Part shown: positions 58,783 through 64,000 of the stretch, piece by piece
Layout: every line of letters starts with the position of its first letter
Position numbering within the stretch: the first letter of the stretch is position 1
DNA from: Candidatus Calescibacterium sp.
GTDB lineage: Bacteria; Calescibacteriota; Calescibacteriia; Calescibacteriales; Calescibacteriaceae
DNA: 64,000 nt
Assembly (NCBI GenBank): GCA_032249135.1
Contig: JAVVGL010000001.1
Location: forward strand, 96,001 to 160,000
Direction of reading: 5' to 3'
Position numbers and translations under genes: made by a program
The notes under the pieces: model-generated
Databases searched by the model: none
Told to the model about the DNA's origin: nothing
The model's input: the letters and a program-made list of their open reading frames with translations, nothing else

Positions 58783-60495
58783 TTAAAAATCATCAATGTT
58801 GACAAAAAATATTCCTTCGGGTTGTTGCCAAATTAATCCATACTTCGTGAAAATGCCATAAGTTCCTTCGTGAATTATCCTGAAATCTTTGAAATCTAAT
58901 GTCTCATCTCCAGAAGAAATCGCTACTTTACCACCCTCTATCCATGTCACATATATCTTATTACCTATAACAACTATCTCTGGCTTCTCTGATTTTATCC
59001 CCGGACTTTTTGATATATTCCTGATTTTGAATTTTTTGGCATTTTCTGCCCCAAAATCCGGCATTCCTGAGTAATCGTATGTGATAACCTTTCCATCGGG
59101 AAGTTTTAATGTTGACGCCCCAACAAGAATTGGAGCTTGCAGTATAAGAACCTCATGTTCTCCCTCTATAACTCTTTCAAAAGCCAAATAGAAATTTTTT
59201 GTATCAGTTGCGCAAGAAACATATTTTACATCAGAAAGATACGCTGGAATATAAAATGGTTCTAACTCCCTATCAGAAAACTGAGGATATGAGCGTAAAA
59301 TATTAATTACATCCAAAAGCTGGCGCTTAAACTGAAAGACCTTCACTCTGTATCCGAACCCATCGCTCCATACAGCATAAAAGTTTCCTCCTCCACCGCA
59401 TATTCTTGGATGTATCTCAAATGGTATTTGTAAATAACAGGACTCGCAATAGGTATAAGTCATAATTTCTGAAAATGTTTCCCCAGAATCTTTTGAATAT
59501 GAGCACTTTACTCTTGCATCTCTAACCCCCTTGTTGTAATAGCAAATCATAACTTCTCCTTTGTCTGCAAATATATCTGGGAAATAACCATTATCAAAAC
59601 TTGCTTTGAACTTAAAAGATTTGGAATCTAATTTATATTTCCCATAGTAAAATCCAGAGCCAGCGCTTGCAACAGAATGCAGAATATCACCATCTAAATC
59701 TATTCTTATAGATGCCTGTCCAAAATAGATAGTCTTTAATTCACGATTTACCATTACTATTGCCTCGGAATTTACAAGGTCATTCCATGCAACTATCAAT
59801 CCATCAGAATCATCAACATCAAATGGAACTTCTGAATACACATTGGTTATAGATGAGGCAGAAAAGACATACACTGCATCAGTGACATATCCACCATATC
59901 CATCAGTGCAAATAAGAGTGTGCTTAAATTTTCCTGATGTTGTAGGTGAAAATGGGAATTCTCCGGGAATTTGTATTTTGAAATCACTTACACCATCGGA
60001 GTAAAAATCAACAGAACAAATTACTTTATCTCCGTCTGGGTCGTATCCATCAACTTTTATTTTCAAACTCTCTCCCGGGGTTGTCACATAGTTTTTATTA
60101 GTAGATATATATGGGGTGTTATTTTCTGGGAAAACTTTGATGGTAGTGTAAGATTTTGCTATGCTTTTGCCTGTCACAAGTGTAGCTGATACAACAAAAA
60201 CAGTCTCTTCTGAGACTTTATATGTATGTTCAACATAGGGAACGGTTGTTTTTTCTGAAGAACCATCTCCAAAATCCCAAATGATTTCAAATTTGTCAGA
60301 ATATGCAATTGAGGCATAAAATTTGACAGAAAGAGGACTTTTTCCTTCGGTAGGATAAGCATAAATAAAGATAGAAGATCTTTCAATTTCAATTACTCTT
60401 TCCTTGCAGTAAAAAGTAAAAAACAACAAAATACTTAAAAAAGTAAGCGAAAATTTCTTATTCGTATTGCAATTTAACATCAATTTCAAACTCAT
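58783..60495 (-). CDS. Secreted PKD-domain protein with BNR/Asp-box-like region
   Basis: WDFGDG..HTY, DPDGD, YSKDSGETFS; N-terminal signal. Confidence 0.75.
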   Translation of the reverse strand: MSLKLMLNCNTNKKFSLTFLSILLFFTFYCKERVIEIERSSIFIYAYPTEGKSPLSVKFYASIAYSDKFEIIWDFGDGSSEKTTVPYVEHTYKVSEETVFVVSATLVTGKSIAKSYTTIKVFPENNTPYISTNKNYVTTPGESLKIKVDGYDPDGDKVICSVDFYSDGVSDFKIQIPGEFPFSPTTSGKFKHTLICTDGYGGYVTDAVYVFSASSITNVYSEVPFDVDDSDGLIVAWNDLVNSEAIVMVNRELKTIYFGQASIRIDLDGDILHSVASAGSGFYYGKYKLDSKSFKFKASFDNGYFPDIFADKGEVMICYYNKGVRDARVKCSYSKDSGETFSEIMTYTYCESCYLQIPFEIHPRICGGGGNFYAVWSDGFGYRVKVFQFKRQLLDVINILRSYPQFSDRELEPFYIPAYLSDVKYVSCATDTKNFYLAFERVIEGEHEVLILQAPILVGASTLKLPDGKVITYDYSGMPDFGAENAKKFKIRNISKSPGIKSEKPEIVVIGNKIYVTWIEGGKVAISSGDETLDFKDFRIIHEGTYGIFTKYGLIWQQPEGIFFVNIDDF

Positions 60496-60516
60496 TCTAA
60501 TCGTTTCTAAATTAAT

Positions 60517-62226
60517 CTATTTTTCTAAAACTTCAATGCGCTGGTAAACTCCCGAAATAAGGTCACAGCCCAATTCTTCAGCCGGCATATTTGGTCTCCA
60601 ATATCTATTACGGCAATAGCAAGGAGGAAGAATTGGGCACACTTCATAATAAGAAGATGCAGGATATAAGCGAGGTTTATAAACGAAAATAATAGGAATG
60701 TCCATGTATTCTCTTTCTAAGATAATAAAGTCCCAATCTGTGTAGGAGGGAGGGGGATATTCATCTATCCATTTGAAAAATTGAGCGTAAATATAGATGT
60801 ATAAATTTCCATCTTTATAATAAATTTTTTCTACAAAATTGTGATCTCCTCTATAATCCCAATCGTTATATAAGCCTATGGCAAGTATAAACTTTTTTGA
60901 AAAATCAACCTTTATCTCATCTCCGGAAGAACATATCAGCTGATTTTCCGTTGTTATTTTATAGTAAAGAATTGTAACTCGAGTCGGGTAAATAATATCT
61001 TTGAATTCCGGAGTTTCACATATTACATTCCGTAAAATTACTCTTAGTTCTTTTGGAAATTTTGCTTCCATGTAAGTAGGACATGGGGTCATATAAGTAT
61101 AAATGTATGTAGATGAAAATTGATAATTGTTAGGAAATGTTAAAGGGCAGATATATTCCGCTTGTATTTTTCTGTCATCATCAACTTTTCCGTCGCAATC
61201 ATTATCTATTCCATCTTGCTCATCTTGTAAATCAAGAACCCCCGGATTTATTTTTGGATTTTTATCATCACAATCTCCTGAAAGAGTTGTGATGCTCCCA
61301 GAGAATTTAAATGTTACTCCTTCGGGGAAAAATGTTATTCCTTCGGGAAATTTAGAATCACATATTAAAACTCCTTCTGGAACACCATATCCATCTCCAT
61401 CATTATCAGAATAAATCCCAAAACAATCCAAACAAACTTCATTTGAGAATCCGGAATCACCTCCTAAACCATAAGATATAACGCGGTAGCAATGTTTTCC
61501 CTCTTCCTTTTCCCCAACTTCAAAAGATGTAACAGAAGAAGGAGAAATCCATATCGCCACAAACTTATCTTTAACATTCTTTAAAATCTTAAAACCGATT
61601 TCTCTATCTTCGCCATTTTTATTTTCCTTTTCATTATTATTATCTTCCTTTTTCTGCCATTCTAATCTTATCTTATTACTACTATTACCGTCAATAATTT
61701 GAAGTTTTAGGTTTGAGGGAGAAGGTGGAGGAGGTATTTCTTGTTCTACTTTGGAAATTTCAGCACAAGCTTTTCCTAATTCTATTTCTCCCCCCTTACC
61801 AGATTTTGCTTTCACCTCCCAGCAATACTTTTTCCCAGGTTTCACATCACCATCGGGATAAAAAGTAATTGAAGATGGGAACAAAGCGAGAAGTTCTTTT
61901 CCACCGTCTATTACTCTTGAGACCTCGTATGAATCCACTTTTTCTTTTCCTTCCCATTTGATAAAAACAAGTTTTGATGATAAAAATTCTAATTCTATTC
62001 CCTCTTCATATATTATTTTTATTTTATCTTCTCCCTCCTTTGTTTTCTCCATTTTATCTTCTCCCGTCTCTATCTTCTCTTCATTTAGATTGTGTGTTGC
62101 TTTATTTTCTTGAAATTCTCCTACTTTTTGGATTTTGTTTTCTCGTTTCTCCTCTTTACATAAAAGTAAGAGAAACAGAAGAGAAAAAATAGAAAAGAAT
62201 TTTTTTATTCTTGTTTCCTTTACCAT
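60517..62226 (-). CDS. Cys-rich putative lipoprotein (FN3-like, MopE-type repeat, PrcB-C-like region)
   Basis: LLLLC signal, PPSPSNL...CYRVISY..GDSGFSNEVC, DNDGDGYG...DCDD...DGIDNDCDG, VDFSKKFILAIG; strong SD. Confidence 0.8.
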   Translation of the reverse strand: MVKETRIKKFFSIFSLLFLLLLCKEEKRENKIQKVGEFQENKATHNLNEEKIETGEDKMEKTKEGEDKIKIIYEEGIELEFLSSKLVFIKWEGKEKVDSYEVSRVIDGGKELLALFPSSITFYPDGDVKPGKKYCWEVKAKSGKGGEIELGKACAEISKVEQEIPPPPSPSNLKLQIIDGNSSNKIRLEWQKKEDNNNEKENKNGEDREIGFKILKNVKDKFVAIWISPSSVTSFEVGEKEEGKHCYRVISYGLGGDSGFSNEVCLDCFGIYSDNDGDGYGVPEGVLICDSKFPEGITFFPEGVTFKFSGSITTLSGDCDDKNPKINPGVLDLQDEQDGIDNDCDGKVDDDRKIQAEYICPLTFPNNYQFSSTYIYTYMTPCPTYMEAKFPKELRVILRNVICETPEFKDIIYPTRVTILYYKITTENQLICSSGDEIKVDFSKKFILAIGLYNDWDYRGDHNFVEKIYYKDGNLYIYIYAQFFKWIDEYPPPSYTDWDFIILEREYMDIPIIFVYKPRLYPASSYYEVCPILPPCYCRNRYWRPNMPAEELGCDLISGVYQRIEVLEK

Positions 62227-62294
62227 AGATAAAACGCCTCCTTTAATCTAAAAAATCTAAAATTCATACTTATATTTTAAATCATCATTTAAAC

Positions 62295-64000
62295 TCAGTT
62301 GCAGGTTGGATAAGCTTCACATTTGCCAGTTGATGGATTAAAGCTTCCGCCAGCGCAAGTCGGATTTCGCTTACACAAACGTGAAGCAGGATCATCAAGA
62401 GGACATGTCCATCCACACTCTATACCATCATCATCACACGATACCTCTGTCCATCCAGAAGGGCAACTATTTATGCTACTGCACCAGGTATTACAACCTC
62501 CGTTAATTCTGTAATAGCACGTTTTATCTTCTGAGCTGTACCAACACCTACTCTTAGCTCTTTCGTTACAGCTTTTACCAATATAACCAGAACAGCCATC
62601 GCAATCGCTATCGTTTGGTTCTCTCTCACATTTTCCAGTTGATGTATTTAATGTATATCCACTTGGGCATTTTGTTGGGGGGCAAATTGACGAGTTAGAA
62701 TCATCACAATCAACGCATGCGCGACAACCATCGCCATCATTATCTGCCTCCCAGCTTGGAATTACTCCATCACAGTTATCATCAATCCCATTACATATTT
62801 CAGGTGCTCCAGGATGTATAGATGAAATTAAATCATTGCAATCTCCCGCACATATGCGCCAACCGTCTCCATCTAAATCTAATTCATTCCAAGGTACTAC
62901 GCCATCACAATTATCATCTATACCATTGCAAGATTCTGGTGCTCCCGGATGTATTTGATCGTTATAGTCTTTGCAATCATTATTGGCAGTAACATATCCT
63001 GGGGGACCCGGGGGACACGCCTCTATAGGTGAGTGACCGATGCACCACCACACACAAAAGGTCCAAAATGATTCGCAACAGTATAAATAGTCGCCAGTTC
63101 TTCCATATCCATCACCATCATCATCATACCAGTATGTGACTTTCACTCCTTCGTCTATTTGTCCATTGCAGTTATTATCTTTACCATCGCATACCTCTGG
63201 ATTTCCTGGAAATTTTGCAGAATCCTTATCATCACAATCTCCTTGGCAAATTCTATATCCATCTCCATCTTCATCCTTTTCGTTTGTGATATCCCCATCA
63301 CAGTTATCATCCTTTCCATTGCAAATTTCAACTGCATCGGGATGAACGGAACTATCTGAATCATCACAATCTAAGTCATTTGCCACATATCCTTGTGGTT
63401 GAGAAGGAGCGAAAACTAACTCATTAGGATCACCATAGCCGTCGCCATCTGCGTCTTTATAAAATGCAACAAGTATTTGAACTTGTCCCTCAACATATTG
63501 TGACCAAAGACCAGTCGTATCTTTTACTCTATATCTTACTGTGTATATTCCTGGTGAATTATAAGTATGAGATGTTTCTTTACATACTCCCAGTTCACAT
63601 ACTCCCAAAGTTTCGCACACTCTTAGTGCTTCCTCCGTTATTGAGCCTATAGTAGGATTCGTTCCATCTCCAAAATCCCACTCACATTCTTCGATTAAAT
63701 TTCCATCTTGTTCATAGAAGCTTCCTTTAAAATCTACTTTTACACCTCCACTGGGGAATTTTAAGAAATAAAAAGGAAGTATCTTTTCCCCCACTGCACA
63801 AATTTGGCCAATGCTGGGATCCGGATCTGGATAACATATAGTAAAATTAGCAGTTGGTGGATTATCAGGAACACTCACATCAAAAAATGGTAATCTAGTT
63901 CCATCAAGTGAAAATGTGTTTCCATTTGCTCTTATTGTATAAAAGAACCTTATTGTTTTTGTATTATGGTCAATAAACCTTCTGAATCTCCGATTCTTTA
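62295..64000 (-). CDS. PKD + multiple MopE-type metal-binding repeat protein, 5'-partial
   Basis: Frame stays open from 63878 to the window end. WDFGDG; repeated DxDGDG...DCDD...PGAPEICNGIDDNCDG; Cys-rich tail. Confidence 0.88.
   Translation of the reverse strand, partial: KNRRFRRFIDHNTKTIRFFYTIRANGNTFSLDGTRLPFFDVSVPDNPPTANFTICYPDPDPSIGQICAVGEKILPFYFLKFPSGGVKVDFKGSFYEQDGNLIEECEWDFGDGTNPTIGSITEEALRVCETLGVCELGVCKETSHTYNSPGIYTVRYRVKDTTGLWSQYVEGQVQILVAFYKDADGDGYGDPNELVFAPSQPQGYVANDLDCDDSDSSVHPDAVEICNGKDDNCDGDITNEKDEDGDGYRICQGDCDDKDSAKFPGNPEVCDGKDNNCNGQIDEGVKVTYWYDDDGDGYGRTGDYLYCCESFWTFCVWWCIGHSPIEACPPGPPGYVTANNDCKDYNDQIHPGAPESCNGIDDNCDGVVPWNELDLDGDGWRICAGDCNDLISSIHPGAPEICNGIDDNCDGVIPSWEADNDGDGCRACVDCDDSNSSICPPTKCPSGYTLNTSTGKCEREPNDSDCDGCSGYIGKSCNERAKSRCWYSSEDKTCYYRINGGCNTWCSSINSCPSGWTEVSCDDDGIECGWTCPLDDPASRLCKRNPTCAGGSFNPSTGKCEAYPTCN

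Overview
AT-rich, purine-skewed bacterial chromosome segment. A thermophile is suggested by K/E-rich proteins and a TrmI m1A58 methyltransferase. Several proteins resemble deltaproteobacterial/myxobacterial families (MYXO-CTERM-like tail, MopE-type repeats); lineage is inference only. Most of the window is housekeeping genes dispersed outside their usual operons (pyrR, proA, ddl, leuA, pssA, serS, argD, ispE, guaA, cdsA, trpD, psd, fliG, hisZ, argC, ruvC, uppP, flgK/flgL, msrAB), with HAD-TrmI and RpiB-GlyA fusions. Accessory material: (1) two paralogous Cys-rich putative lipoprotein genes at the window ends with conserved framework and variable loops; (2) a ~1470-aa secreted protein gene split by two single-base indels; (3) two coiled-coil/nuclease-fold paralogs differing by exactly 7 heptads; (4) a 411-bp inverted-repeat-flanked element; (5) a candidate defence island at 23.9-27.2 kb (ABC-type ATPase, a PIN-domain gene hidden by two compensating frameshifts, and a PD-(D/E)XK-like protein). 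About ten genes have a -10-like hexamer 6-8 nt before the start codon and no SD, suggesting leaderless expression. No rRNA, tRNA, CRISPR array, transposase or integrase was recognised. All family calls are by motif recognition, not database search.
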